Shown in pieces: positions 1 to 13,424 of a DNA stretch of 64,000 nucleotides. Made by a program: the position numbers and the translations under genes. Origin of the DNA: Balanoglossus misakiensis (Eukaryota; Animalia; Hemichordata); contig CM082586.2 in NCBI GenBank assembly GCA_040954595.2, positions 6,975,337 through 7,039,336 of the forward strand, read 5' to 3'. Below the pieces are notes generated by a model that was given only the letters and a program-made list of their open reading frames with translations, searched no databases and was not told the origin of the DNA. Within the stretch, counting starts at the first letter, position 1, and each line of letters begins with the position of its first letter.

Positions 1-504
1 ATGTTATTTCAGAGTGTTGGAAGAGTGTGGGATTGAATTCTGTTGACAGAAAATAAATATGAAAAAATACAATAATAGGTAACATATTTTAGCTTTGGAA
101 TTCCAAAATGAACGCTAGTAATTTTCATCAAAGATATATTAGTTTCCATCAATGTGAAGACTGCAGTCAATATGGCGGTTCTTGATTGAAAAACTGGAAT
201 GTTCCAGAATGTGGTCACAATGATTGGTTTGAAATTACACATTCAGGTATGTCGTGGAATTTGCATTGATGAGCGAGATGGTGAGTGGTTTAATTTATGC
301 TCTAATTGAGGTGAAAGAGAGGTCATCCTGATATCTGAGGAGAAACGAGAATAGGAGACAAAACTCACAGTTTACTAAGCGTGTCGTATTATAATATTGC
401 CTGTGGTTGAAAATAATTTCACATGTAGCTACTGCTTTCGCACGTAGCATATCAATGTTATGAGACCCGACAACACCCGAACAGCTGACGGATACTTCTG
501 TCTG

Positions 505-529
505 GTTGCTATGGAAACTGACAACCAAT
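505..529. promoter_or_regulatory. RFX X-box plus CCAAT box; candidate PASK upstream promoter
   Basis: GTTGCTATGGAAAC (505-518) and CCAAT (525-529), about 270-290 bp before the ATG at 796. Confidence 0.5.
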
Positions 530-795
530 GGCCGCCGCTCATGAATATTTATCAGCCGACTTCGAGTAGAGGTAATATCTGCCTGCAACAACGGCGATGA
601 GTGTGTGTGTATTTGTGCCCGGGGAAGACTATAGTGTCGGATGTCACCTTTGAAGTTATTTTCTACCGAGTGGTGTTGTAGGGCTTGTTTTGTGCGAGTG
701 GGGTTATAGTTTTGCGAGCTTCTCTGGCATCTTGTTGCCAGCGCGCATCAGATCTTGTTCGTGCGACCAAGTCCACATTGCCTCTCTTTCTAGCG

Positions 796-825
796 ATGGG
801 TGTCCATGCTTCGAAAAAATGCAAG
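796..825 (+). CDS. PASK: Candidate first coding exon of PASK, MGVHASKKCK (N-myristoylation motif)
   Basis: Strong Kozak context gcgATGg, 10 codons, donor AAG|GTAACA in phase 0 matching the phase-0 acceptor at 16299. An X-box (505-518) and CCAAT (525-529) lie upstream. Confidence 0.6.
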
Positions 826-1095
826 GTAACATATTTTTCCTAATTTATTTTAACATCAAGAATCATGTCATGCTGTGAGAAAATTCTTCTGCATACTTGA
901 GCCCAAGGAATTTGTTTCACCAAGGAATGATGATACGTACAATGTATGTATATTTGCATCATCATTTATGAAAAGTACATTTCTGCATTTCCCATTAAGA
1001 GAACCTCGAGCTAAAGCTCAACTTTTAAGCAGAAATATCCACACTAAGTTTTTTTTTAATGATAGAAGTTGCTCATCCAAACTCGATAATTAGCT

Positions 1096-1109
1096 GTTAC
1101 CATGGCAAC
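1096..1109. promoter_or_regulatory. RFX X-box
   Basis: GTTACCATGGCAAC, a full match to GTTNCYATRRNAAC. Confidence 0.45.
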
Positions 1110-1607
1110 GTGTACATGCCTGTAACCTCGCTGATAATGACACATAAAGTATGGATGATTTTTTATTTTTTTGTCTACATTTTAAGAGATCATAATGTAA
1201 ACTACATTACTACACTACTTTGGTTCAAAGCCGTCGGCAGTATCCACTGATATTCTCCAGGAAATTAAATTGTGGGACCTCGAAGATGAGAAAATGTTAT
1301 TTCTGCCAGTGCATTTACTGGACAAAATTGCTAACCAGAGGTTCAAAGGAAATTAATGTGGAATGATGGCAGATGTGCGATTGGAATATGGTCCGCGGAC
1401 TTGTACTGCGCAAAAATATTGATTTTTCAAAGATAATTAAAAAAAATTCATCAATTTTCCGGCTGGCAGTGCACACATATGGTACCTTTATGATCGTGGA
1501 ATACACCATTCCCGTTCCAAGTACACAATGACATACTTGCCAGTGTTAATGATTTTAATTTGCCAATTAGTGTTTATTTGGGTAAAATCTTTTCTTAAAA
1601 CACCACG

Positions 1608-1775
1608 CGGTGTTTTTGTTAAGGGCGGTACCCAGGTTAATGTTACCGGGGTTCCCCAGTCATTTTACCGGGGCTACCCTTGGTATATCAATGGAGTCAT
1701 GTTAGTAGATGGCAGGAGCTTTACCAGGGTTCCCAAGTCATTTACCAGTGTTCCTTAGCCTTAGCAAAAACACTG
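1608..1775. mobile_element. hAT-like MITE, degenerate
   Basis: Termini CGGTGTTTTTGTTAAGG...CCTTAGCAAAAACACTG with internal TTACCRGGGTTCC sub-repeats. Reverse-complement copy at 7521-7672. No clear TSD. Confidence 0.55.
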
Positions 1776-2432
1776 CCAGGGTAACCTAGTCGACATGTAC
1801 GTTTAGATTGAACAATGTATACTTGTATACATGTGATATCTTCCCTCATCCTAAACTTACATTTTTCCTTTCATGACAAAATCTACCAGGTATTGATCCC
1901 CACCCTTTTAGTTGCTTCTGAGTGATACCAGCTGTTTAATGCACCACTGATGAATTCTGTTACACCATTGTATTCCGAGATCCATCGATTGTGATCTTCG
2001 GCAGATGCAAGTTTTTTTGAACCGTGTCCTTGGTAACCCATCTCAAAATTGGCATATTTCATGCATAATTAAACTATTTCCATAGTTTCTTTTGATCCCA
2101 TGGTGGGCTCTCCTTCCTGTCTTACATGGTATTAAAAGATTTCCGTTGTAAGTGGATATTTTGAATTAAAAATTCATTGATGACCTGTGTGCTGAATAGA
2201 TGGTTCTTTTACTTTTCATTTCGGAAGACTCAATTTTATTTTCTTTCAAACAGTATTTTTTGCATGGAAAGAAATGCAAGAAATTGAAATCCATTGAGGT
2301 ATATATACCTTTGTTGGTCTGCTTTCTACTGAAGTACACAAATACCGACCAAAAATATGTTACAAACTTAATTGTGAAAATTCAGAACTATTGCACAGAT
2401 GTGAAAGCTTTGGCAAGGGGTCCAGAGAAGAC

Positions 2433-2762
2433 TTAAAGGGACAAAGTCTCCCTCTCGCTGCTATTTTTACATAATTATATTTGATACAAGACACCGTTTA
2501 TATTATTCAACATGTGGATATATAGTGAATCAATGTTCAACCACACACACCTTCCATCCCGCTTGTATACACGAGAGTGAAAAACTCGTCAAAATGAATA
2601 ATCGGTGTTTACCGTTTATTCACTTTGGCTAGATTTTTACTCTCATATCCTACAGACGGGATGGTCACTGTATATCCACATGTAGAATAACAAAAACGGT
2701 GGCTTGTATGGAAACATAATTAATGGGAAAAGGACAGCGAGAGAAAGACTTTGTCTTTTTAA
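2433..2762. mobile_element. Foldback MITE family B (TTAA TSD, AGG termini; Kolobok-like)
   Basis: TTAA-AGGGACAAAGTC...GACTTTGTCTTT-TTAA, palindromic over almost its whole length. Further copies at 7682 and 12725. Confidence 0.8.
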
Positions 2763-3285
2763 CAGTGTTCTGTATTAAGCCCAGCCTCAGTCATCTGTAG
2801 AATTAGCCCAGGGGAACGTGCCTGCAAGGCAAGTCACAGACACAGCTGCATGTGGCGCAGTAGTTTTGGCACCAACTGTAGATTAGCATTGGGATACTCG
2901 AGGGCCAGTGTTTGCTTGTCAGCCTGAAAAGTGCAGTTACCATGATGGGCGCTTTCTTGTTATTAAGTCAACAGAACGTCGTAATTACCTTCCCATGGGA
3001 ATGTAGAATAACCCCGATAATATCACAAAGTAGACTTCATCCCTGTAATGAGAAGCTTTGGGATTTAATTTAATGTTATCATCTTTGCCTACGACCGTGG
3101 ATTTGTTCGTGTTGTCATCAAGGTTTTAGCAAATTTCTGATTTTGTCAAAAAATTGGTATGGAACTGCAGCATGATTGGTGCAAATGTGCAGTGTGAGCC
3201 AGGTGTTGATAAATGTGTTTTTTCCACTAACACTCTCATTCGAGTGGTCTTTTAGACTTTCCTGCACTCATCACGAGCAGAAAGA

Positions 3286-3299
3286 GTTGCTATGACAAC
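3286..3299. promoter_or_regulatory. RFX X-box
   Basis: GTTGCTATGACAAC. Confidence 0.4.
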
Positions 3300-5271
3300 A
3301 CTTCCTGTTGTTCACCTGTCTATTTTGTTCGGCGATATTGTAAATCCTTCATTTTGTAATTCGAAAATTTTTTATTTGCAAGTTTTCATCTGGTAGTATT
3401 TGTTCAATTTCCTGCTAGAAATGTGCACATACTTTTGTTGGAGTCTGTATCTAATGATACGGCCTACAGCCTGTCCCTCACAGTAGTTTTGGGAGTCCCT
3501 CGACAGGAACAAAGAATATCTGAACGTGACCCTCCCACCCCTATTTTACCTGTGATAAAGTCCAAACATACGGTAGAAAACAATAGCGTTGACCCATATC
3601 ATCATGTTCATAGGCTGACCACCATTCCTTAAGGGGGGAGGCCTATCCCTCAGGCTTTACAACACACACATAATACGACTCAAATGTTTTATGAACAATT
3701 CGCAATATACATGAATTAAACCTGCGGTATATGCAAAAAAACAAAATAGATTCATTAAAATTTGATTATTTTTCAAGGCGCAACGCTTTCACAGAATTTA
3801 TTCTATTGTATTTAATTTCCTGTACATCAGTTAATGAAGTTTTTATTTGTTTTCAGTGAAAGTTAATGTACTTAAATATTAGAAGGGCATTAACTGGTCT
3901 CCCCGAGTTTTTTTTTTTTCACCTGAACATTTTTGCTCAGAGTTCGGGATCCTGCTATAATTAATCAAAAATGAAGAAGAAAAACTATAAAAGTAATGGT
4001 TGGAATACTGTCACACATTCTCCAGGTGCCGAATTAATTGAAATTTAGCAACCAAATGAAAAGAGACAGCTTTTAAAATGCACCTAATGGCCTACTTTAC
4101 ATGCTTGCGATCTTGAGCTAAAATGGACACTTAATTTTCTTGTTTCAGTAATCTAATTTGTCTAGCTGTGAGGACATTAATGGCTGGATCTGAAGAAATA
4201 TTAGATATGGCACATTTCTGCCTGAATGTTGAAAAAAAGAAATGTATTAAACCATTGGATGTTATCGTCTTCACTTCAAACATGCATATCAGCATTGTAG
4301 AAGAGTGAATATAGGGCTGAGTGAGAAAATCAGAGAAAGATTACAAAAATGTGCCATTAGTTACATACACTATGTCGAACACGCATTACAGTGGCAAGTC
4401 TGGACTATGTAAGTGTGTAGCATTCAGAGTCTAATCCAGAAATACATGTTGTCTGCTTTGCTGCAAATCAAGTAGATTGATACGACAGGATCTTTCAATA
4501 ATGTTGCGACAAATTACTTAGGTAGCCTTCAATAGAGAAACGTGCTACTGGGCTGCTGAGAGAAATTGAGATTGAACGAAGCCAGAATTTGAGTTCATTC
4601 TAAAATGCTGCTTTGGGAGACTTCATTTTAGTGATGGGAGGACTTCTGACATGAACTTTCACTCAGCTGTAAATGAAGTGAACCGGGAACACAGTCTGAA
4701 TGGACGACTTTCAATGCTGACAAATTTACCGATGTAACATGAAATGACATGGAAGGTTTCCTAGGGTTAACAAGAAACGTGGTACCCAGGGAGAAATGGG
4801 AATGAATACAGAAAGAGTCTCGGAACAGAGTTTTGGCACGTACGATGGCAAATTATAAAGACACTTTATGTAAACATTGCTTACTTAGGCCATGCATGGA
4901 GCTATTTATAAATCTGCACCCAGAGCATATGTCAGACACACATTGACCTAAACCAGGTAAAAGTTGGTGATTACTGCATTGTATGTCAAGCGATGCATTA
5001 ACAAAATTGCCATCTCAGTACGCTAGCATTTTAGGGAATAAGTCTACTCCGGCATGATTCCCAACCAGTCTTTCAGGAAATCATCCGGATATTGCTCATC
5101 TGACGTTTCTTCTCGTCTCCTTTTCTCAAAGTCCCTAATGAGCTAATGTCTTTATAACTGCATGTCATTACCGAAGTTCTTTCTGTCAATTTCCTGCTGG
5201 TAATTACGGTGACAATTCCACCTGGTAATTCAATGCTAAATATGTGTTACTTAATCAAGAATGGATGAGGG

Positions 5272-5335
5272 AAAGAGAGGGGGAGAGAGAGAGAGAAGGG
5301 GAGAAAGAGAGAGAGAGAGAGAGAAAGAGAGAGAA
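5272..5335. repeat. (GA)n microsatellite, imperfect
   Basis: Direct reading. Confidence 0.9.
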
Positions 5336-6488
5336 GCTGGCAGATATAATGAGATGAATACAGGCATACAAACACATTTTAAATATGCCAATAAACAGCA
5401 CAGAAGGTAAATTGTTGATCAAGGGATGGACAGGCAGACAGACGAGCAGAATTACATGTACATGAAGATAAGACAGGGTGTCAACACTTAAAATTTTTCA
5501 TCCCCAATCTATCTTACAAAAGTGGACAGAAACATGACTTTTGAAAAGGTGAACTCAACTTAGCTGTCTCAGCAGAATCACCTTGTGTATACGGGCTCAT
5601 CAACAAACACAAAATCATCCAGAAAATATGTCAGTGATATTGGTTGCTGTATAAAGTTGCAAATACACACATACATGTACTATAGTTGCTTTCTGTGTGT
5701 TCATAGTGTACCTCACCAACTAAATTATGCATTGTGGACCCCAGAACTGAAAGGTTTAGATATAATTTACTTGAAGGAGCAGAAAACATTTCCTGCCGGT
5801 AACCCAGTACAAATCACCACAAGAAATTTGATTAGATGTACCCGACTTCCTGAGCTAATAGAGTGGTTTGTTCAGACTGTCACGACGGCACAGAAATTGA
5901 GACGTCGCCGAATGTGTAGTGATTGCAACGAGATACCAGATTACGAATCTGATCTATTGAAACAGAACAGAATGACGGGCACGGATAAAGGAATTAGCCT
6001 GTCAGATGTTCAGCCCCTGTCAACACCCGCACAGTACATCAAATCAGAATCCTGTCATTGTAGTTGAAAAAGAAAATCCGTTTTAAGTCTCAGTCTGTCA
6101 CTGTATGGGAGTTGCCAGGTATTCAATGGGGAAATATTAGCTTAAACTTCAAAGAAAGGATAGATCGGATGATCGTTAGCGAGATAACGTTGCTTTCTGC
6201 TTTCAATGTGACTGCCAGGAAACATCAGCTAGCAGTCTGCTAATCAATAATGTACGAGTAAAGAGATTGAAGTAAAAAGTGTGTGCTTTGCTTAATATTG
6301 TAACTTCTAGTGTGTGCTTAAATTTATCTACTCATACATATATTTGGCTGTGTGAGGCGACAGCATAAGAATACTGCATGCATAGGTAAAATATGTCGCT
6401 GTTCCCTATATCTGATTTTAATCAGATTGATAGATGTATTGAGATTAATTAATCAAGATCAGTTCAGATAGATAAATTAGATTGATAA

Positions 6489-6512
6489 ATGGTGGCTGCC
6501 ATACGGAGCATG
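6489..6512 (+). CDS. PASK: Candidate alternative first coding exon of PASK, MVAAIRSM
   Basis: ATG plus 7 further codons ending at a strong donor ATG|GTAAGC in phase 0, compatible with the exon at 16299. Confidence 0.35.
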
Positions 6513-7681
6513 GTAAGCTCACTCTTTATGAAACACTGATATCACATATTGTTTTCAGTGGAATGTTCTGGCGCCATCTTGCCGTGAAAGCACTACAAAC
6601 AGTAAAACGTCTCGACAGGACTGAGCAACAGAAACCTGTTGGAATGAATGTTACACTACACCATAATTGATGGCGGACGTGAAGGGGAACACAGTGGTTT
6701 TGCTTTCAAATTGACGATTGTTGCTCAACTCCGGCTGACACAACAGGAAAACACTCCAAACTACGTGATGAAAATTACGCCATTCAGTCGGATGTGGACT
6801 GCGTAAAAAAAGAAATTGCTCAATGCCCGTAACTGTCTGTGTGTTGCACCTGTTGCCAAGACAACTCCCAACTAACCTCTCCGTGTTCATTCACCTGAAT
6901 ATTTAATCACAACACGGGTCATTCACTGATGCAAAATATAAAAAAATAATTATGACATATACTCTATGTTTTTATTGGTGATTTAGGTTGTATATTGGAA
7001 TCTATTAACTGGTTACAATGTTTTCCGTTCTGTCACCTTGCATTTTGTCGGTTGTACTTAATTTTAATCCTTGCAGAAACCTGTCAATTCAACAGGTTTT
7101 GAAAAGGAAAAAATGTGAAATTCACATTAAAGCTTCAGATAGAACAGCCGCGTGATAAATGAGTGATAAATTATTCATGATTCATACCTTCCCAATATAT
7201 GGTACAATTTCTGTAATATCGAAATGTTTAACACACCCGAAGTCAATGCTCTTTCTCTTCAAATAGTGATGCGAAATAGTGATGTAGGATTTTATCGTGG
7301 CTCAGGTTATTATCCTGCACAAACATTAATATATTTTGTGTACAGTCCATATGTAAATATGTACATCGTGTAAAGCTCAACGCCACCTGAAAAAGTAATG
7401 AAAGAATACATGTATGTGTTTTTAATCATCGGCTGGTCAAAGAAAAATAAAAAGTTAATCGATTCGAGAAAAGTCCTGTATCATTATTTGGTGTGACACA
7501 AAATTATAACGAAATGTAGACGGTGTTTCTGCTAAGGTTATGGAACACTGGTAGATGTTTTGGGAACCCGAATAATACTTTTGCTACATATTTAATATGA
7601 CTGTATCGATATATCAAGGGGAACCCTGATTCAATGACTTAGGAACCCTGGTAACATTTATCTGGGTACTGCAGGTACATA

Positions 7682-8026
7682 TTAAAGGGACAAAGTCTCT
7701 CTCTCGCTGGCCTTTTTCCATTAATTATGTTTGATACAAGACGCCATTTATGTTATTCTACATGGTGAGTCAACATTCAACCACACTCAACTTCCATCTC
7801 GTTTGTAGGATATGAGAGTAAAAACTCGCCCAAAATGAATAAATGGTAAAGAACGATTATTTATTTTGGCGATTTTTTCCACTCTCCTGTCTATAAGAGG
7901 GATGGAAGATGTGTGTAGTTGAACGTTCATTCATTATATATCCACATGTAGAATAACAAACGGTGTCTTGTATCAAATATAATTAATGGAAAAAAGGGCA
8001 GCGAGAGAGAGACTTTGTCCCTTGAA
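7682..8026. mobile_element. Foldback MITE family B (opposite orientation)
   Basis: TTAAAGGGACAAAGTCTCTC...GAGAGACTTTGTCCCTTGAA. Confidence 0.8.
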
Positions 8027-9011
8027 TGTAGTTGTAAAGCTATCCAACTCTGAGTAAAGACTCGTGTATTGTGAATTCTGTCTTTCCAACAGTATAGATG
8101 CATGTACAAATGTACACATATGTCTAGCTATTCACATACTGAATACCTGTTCTAATCCACTCAGCCCAACAGCAGTATGCCCAACCTTAGATGCAGCACT
8201 ATTGACAGGCAGGAAACAGGCTTTTCCAACTCATAGCGAGATAGCCGCAGAGAAATATGCCGGATAAAATGCATTCAAAACCACAAATGGGAAACTTGTG
8301 TTAGAAATCCACCCTAAGCCGATAATCAATACCATTAAAATATACAAATTTGCATTTGTAAAGATTCATGGCATGAAACAGGATGCAAATTTCAAGATAC
8401 AGTGACGATGTCAGAATGCCTATAGTTGATACAAATGTGTGGTAAATATTATGTGGCTTCCCTCATAGTTCTACTTTTACCGATTATAATTAATTTTGTC
8501 AATTAAGGAAATGAGTTTTGCTGTGTATTTGTTTCGAAGGGTTGTGCAGTAAACTGTAATCGAGCCACTGAACCATATTGAAGATAATGCAATAACTCCT
8601 GATCACCTTCCGAACCCTGAAACGATACATCGTTCTTTTTATTTATTTTTTGCCAGAGGAATATCACTCACAAAAAAATTCTGGATTAAAACGAGTGCAT
8701 GCATACCTATTTGTCATAAAAAATGGTTTTCATCCAAAACGGGACGAATTTTTTGCATGTTTTGTGAATGTACACGCAAACAAATAAATTGGATTCTTGT
8801 GTCGTTAGATGCTACTAATGCAAAGAATAAGTGAGAAAAATCAATAGTCCTGTACAGCTGCCCATTACGTCTATCCGGTACGTGTAAATGTGGTACATTA
8901 TTTTCATTTGTGAAATCTACTTGCACTAAGATCACTGAATGTCAGCCAGAAATCATGTTCTCGAGATAATTGTCATTTTGGTTAATTGCTTGAGAAGCCT
9001 TCTCAAACACA

Positions 9012-9134
9012 TTTCATTCATTCATTCATTCATTCATTCATTCGTTCATTCATTCGTTCGTTCATTGATTAAATCATTCATCCATCCATCCCATCCATCT
9101 ATCCATTCATTCATTCATTCATTCTTTCATTCAC
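9012..9134. repeat. (TTCA)n/(TCCA)n microsatellite
   Basis: Direct reading. Confidence 0.9.
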
Positions 9135-11665
9135 ACAGCCTTATTAGAGAGTGGAAATGCATATTTTAACATGATTTTAAATATGCTGTTCAATATCAAT
9201 TTGAATTCATGCATTCATGGATTTTGTGCAGTCACCCACATCTTCCATGGATGCAATTACAGATCCTATGATGGTTGCAATGGCTCCAGGCTGTAATTAT
9301 CCTTGCATGATGCATGGATTTGCTGATGTAAGACTTCTTGATCTTTGAGTAACTGAGCATGGGCTGGGCTTCTCTGATGATGGCTCCAGTGAGCACATCC
9401 TAGCATGATGAAAACCCTCAGGTATCTGATAACGATCAACTGAATCTATTTGGAGTGAAGAAATGGGGGTGACAGTTTGACGAATCCACAAAATTATGGA
9501 GACATGTCTTCTCAAAACAAAACGAAGAAACTTTTCATCTTATTTGATAACAGAGATGACTAAAACCGTCACTCATATTGTTAACCAGTTTCTTGGGCTC
9601 AAGGGTATGGACGGCTCCATGCGTTTACCAGATCTTTGCTGTTTTGAGTCACTACTGTAGTGGAGGTCATTGTCTGAAAGCCTTATCACACACTGCGGTA
9701 CAATTTCCCCAAGAATTTCTGCATCATTTGTAATCAAGAAAACAGCCAGCCTTGAATCGGCGTGGAAATTCAGAGAATAGGTTTGTGCACATCTGCTGCG
9801 ATACCAAAAAAGAAGGTCTCCAATTCTTTCAGACTATGAAAAGGAAACGATTATCACCTGTTTCTAAGTAGATGCGCTTGTTGAAAAAGAAATGTGTTCA
9901 TTAACGTGGAAATCTGTGGATTTTTATGATGGTGAATGGATCAGAGACTTCAAAGGATTGGCATGATGTATGTGATCAAAGCTCTGAACATAGCCACTAC
10001 CATCTTTACCACTCCATGTGGGCTTTGAACAAATTGTGCCATTTCTATTCAGAAAGTCCTTCATGTTGTGAATTTGCTCGCCATGGGAACCGACGCATCA
10101 AATAATTTAACGTCGAATACCCTTGGCGCTCAAGCGCTGTACCGCGTTTGCATAACCGATAAAATCGAGCGAATCTTTCTAACGAAATTAATCAATGTAT
10201 TGATTTGATTAGCTTCGTAGCAGTTTCTTTGGGTTGTGAGAAATGCCACATGAAAGTGTGGTGAAATGGATTTGGCACTGAAGTGATAAGCAAATGCTTG
10301 TACCGTAATCATTAAGGGCTGATTAGGGCTTATGAGAACGACAGAATGTTGAGACGAAATTAAACTTCTTGTATACGGTTTTGATTAGCAAAGATAAGCC
10401 AAGATGGCAGACTCACCAAGATGTACACTAAATGTACTGTCTTTTTTGGAGTAATAATGTCTTTGCCTATCAATGTTTTCTCATTCTGCGAACATTTTAT
10501 GAATATTTGCCAGTCTAATGCACAAAATATATTAATGTTTGTGCAGTCTACACGCTTCTAAATCGCCGGTTGCCATGGTTTCATGACAAAGCATTAGAAG
10601 CCAATGAAAGTTTGCACACAGGGTCTAGTAATCATCATTTTATTGCATTCCTTCGAAGCTACAGAATTACTCAGACTCGGAGACGTTCGCGATTATCGTC
10701 CTTTGAAGTCACGGACCTGTCTGACAGAAGTTAATGGTTAGTTCTGTTTGGAGATGGAACAACAGATAGTCATTTGAGAGAAGATGCAGTATTCATTTCC
10801 CTCTTTTACTCTCGAAGACGACCGAGCATTAGGGTTTTTAATCTTCTGTGTAAATATCCATCTGCTATCCTGCCCTCAGGGGGAGAAAGTGGAATAAATT
10901 TAGCCGGCATTACTTTGTAGATGTTATAATTAGCACAAGCTCTGGAGAGACTGACTGCATAGAGTTGCGAGTTCCCATTTGTATGGCTAAGAGAGATTGG
11001 GAATATTGTGGAGTGACGGACATTATGCTGGTGGATATAGCCCCTGGATGTTTCATTCTTTAATGTGTGTGTTTGTTGAAGGGGGTGTTGCCTGATTTGA
11101 AAGGTGGATTTGAAACTATTTAGGAGGTCTTGAAAAGACTCTTACGTATGCTGTTGTCTGACTGTACCACAAACTGTCTTCACGTTTGATAGACAGGGGC
11201 GTTGGCTTGTCAAATCATGCAAATTCGGCCATCCCACAGTCTGCAGATGATGAATCACAATCTATTCTATATACAGGAGGGTGTGTCACATACACAGTGT
11301 ATATAGTTTGGATGAGTCATGATGCTACTTGGCCAGAAGATTGTCTCCCTCATAGGAGTTATCAGTACAAGCGAAACTCACCAACAAGCAACGGAGCCGC
11401 TGATATGATGATCCTGATTGATTACATTTCACAGGCTCGTGCATTCAATCAGTTGACTGCATCCGTCACTCAAACAGATAATTCTACAAGTAAAACCAAC
11501 CAACCAGCAACAGAACCACTGATGTTAATTTGATTGGCATTTAATTCAGCGCATGTTCTTGTAAATTAACAATTCCAGAGCTTCTGATGGTACATATCAG
11601 AAACTGTTTAGGGACTTCCATCAAAGCAGGCAATGGGTGTATGAAGGATGTGAATATCAATTGAA

Positions 11666-11888
11666 TACTGTAAAACACTTTATTTTCGCGAGTTGAAATT
11701 TTTCGCGATATCGAGAGAGGCCACTGTTTCGCGAGTATTAATTTTCGCATTCTCCTATTTCATTCACTGCATTCACTGCATCGTTATCTTCAAAAAAAAA
11801 ATTACGCGACTTTTTATTTTCACGCTATTTTGGCTCTCGCATATTTCGCAAAAAATTATTGCTCGCGAAAATAAAGTGTTTTACAGTA
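11666..11888. mobile_element. MITE family A (TA TSD, Tc1/mariner-type)
   Basis: TA-CTGTAAAACACTTTATTTTCGCGAG...CTCGCGAAAATAAAGTGTTTTACAG-TA; six copies in the window. Confidence 0.85.
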
Positions 11889-12724
11889 GTTACAATTCAA
11901 CATGCTGCAGTCAACAGTATACACATATTGACTGGCCATGTTGGAAACATGTGGCAATGTGAGTCGATCACCCCAATAACAATCTGTTTGGCCACAGGCA
12001 AGCATCTACCATATACATGACTGGTAATTAAAAAAATATCACCAAATCCATGAAAACAAATGCAAATCATCATCAGCCTTGGTTCCAAAGGAGTTTGCTA
12101 TGAAAATGCTTGTAAGAAACACCTGTGAATCCGTCAGATAAATTATTCAGTCGAACGTTGACCATCCATCCACATCTACGATATATCACTTTAATGACAG
12201 GATACATGTCATTACACGAGCAGGGAAACTGGATAATGATAGGAAAAATCACCTTAGATTTGTGAGAGTTCTAGGAAAAATTAAGGTAGAGATTGTCTGC
12301 ATCAATTTGTTATCTGGAATTATTGATCCACTCTGTTGTCGAAAACACTGTGGGCGATGATTTGCTTGTCTGCTGCCATAGTAACAGCAGAATTTTAGAA
12401 TAGTCTGGAAATATTCTTTTTTGTGTGTAGCTGTGTATACATGTATTAAAATTATTGTTCTGTGTGTATTATATAAACAATTTCTATCACCTGATATTTA
12501 TTTCTGAGTTCCCTTGTATGCTGCGTTCACACTGGATGGCCAATACTGGTCAAGTAAGATAAATCGTACCTCCATCTTAGGTCATTCAGTTCTTCCTGTA
12601 ATTAATCAGCATTGAAATTAATTACTGCCTGAAATAGAAAAAGTTCCTGGGTGATAATTTTAAATGACGCAGGATTTATTGTGTGTGCGAAGCCTAGTAA
12701 TAAGAAATAGATGGTACTGTAACA

Positions 12725-12923
12725 GTGAAAAACTCGCCAAAATGAATAATTGGTGTTTACCATTTATTCATTTTGGCGAGATTTTTACTCTCAAATCCTA
12801 CAAACTGGATGAAAGTTTTGTGTGATTCACTATATATCCACATGTAGAATAACATAAACGGTGTCTTGTATCAAACATAAATGATGGAAAAAGGGCAGCA
12901 AGAGAGAGACTTTGTCCCTTTAA
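12725..12923. mobile_element. Foldback MITE family B, 5'-truncated
   Basis: Matches the right-hand part of 2433-2762 and ends GACTTTGTCCCTTTAA. Confidence 0.75.
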
Positions 12924-13424
12924 AAAGCACAGATTCAGTCTCCAGAATTGTTAGCAATAAATATTGACGGCTTTATGATCATTGATCGTAGCACACTAAC
13001 GATTTTCTTCCTCAGTCAGAATAAATATAGAAAAGAGAAATTGATTTATCAATATGTTAGTGTGTAATCTGTCTGTGGCACGTTTTAATATTTGTGTCAG
13101 CAGACTTTTATTTTTGATAGTTTACTTACAAGTCTGCAGCGTTTAGAATTTCACAGTCAAGTTAGCACAGCTTTGCTGTGTATATACACACACACAATAG
13201 TATACACAGTGCAGCATTTCATGCTGATATTAATCTTTCTAAAAGACGCGTCAACTCCAAATGGCAAAATCTCATTAAATTGAAGCAGAGTGTGATGTAT
13301 TGGCGAATGCCTTCCTCTCTCAAGAGGCTGCTTGACCTCTGCTTGCAATGCACACAGAAACCACTTACAGTAAATCTCTCCAACTCAGCAGGCTTTCTGG
13401 TGTCTTTTCCCAGTCGTACGACAC

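Noticed and set aside
5585-6067. 160-aa ORF in the PASK first intron
   Set aside because: Non-ATG start, no recognisable domain and no convincing splice partners.
9374-9429. Box C/D snoRNA-like motifs (TGATGA..TGATGA..CTGA)
   Set aside because: Short, with no terminal stem and no recognisable antisense guide to rRNA.
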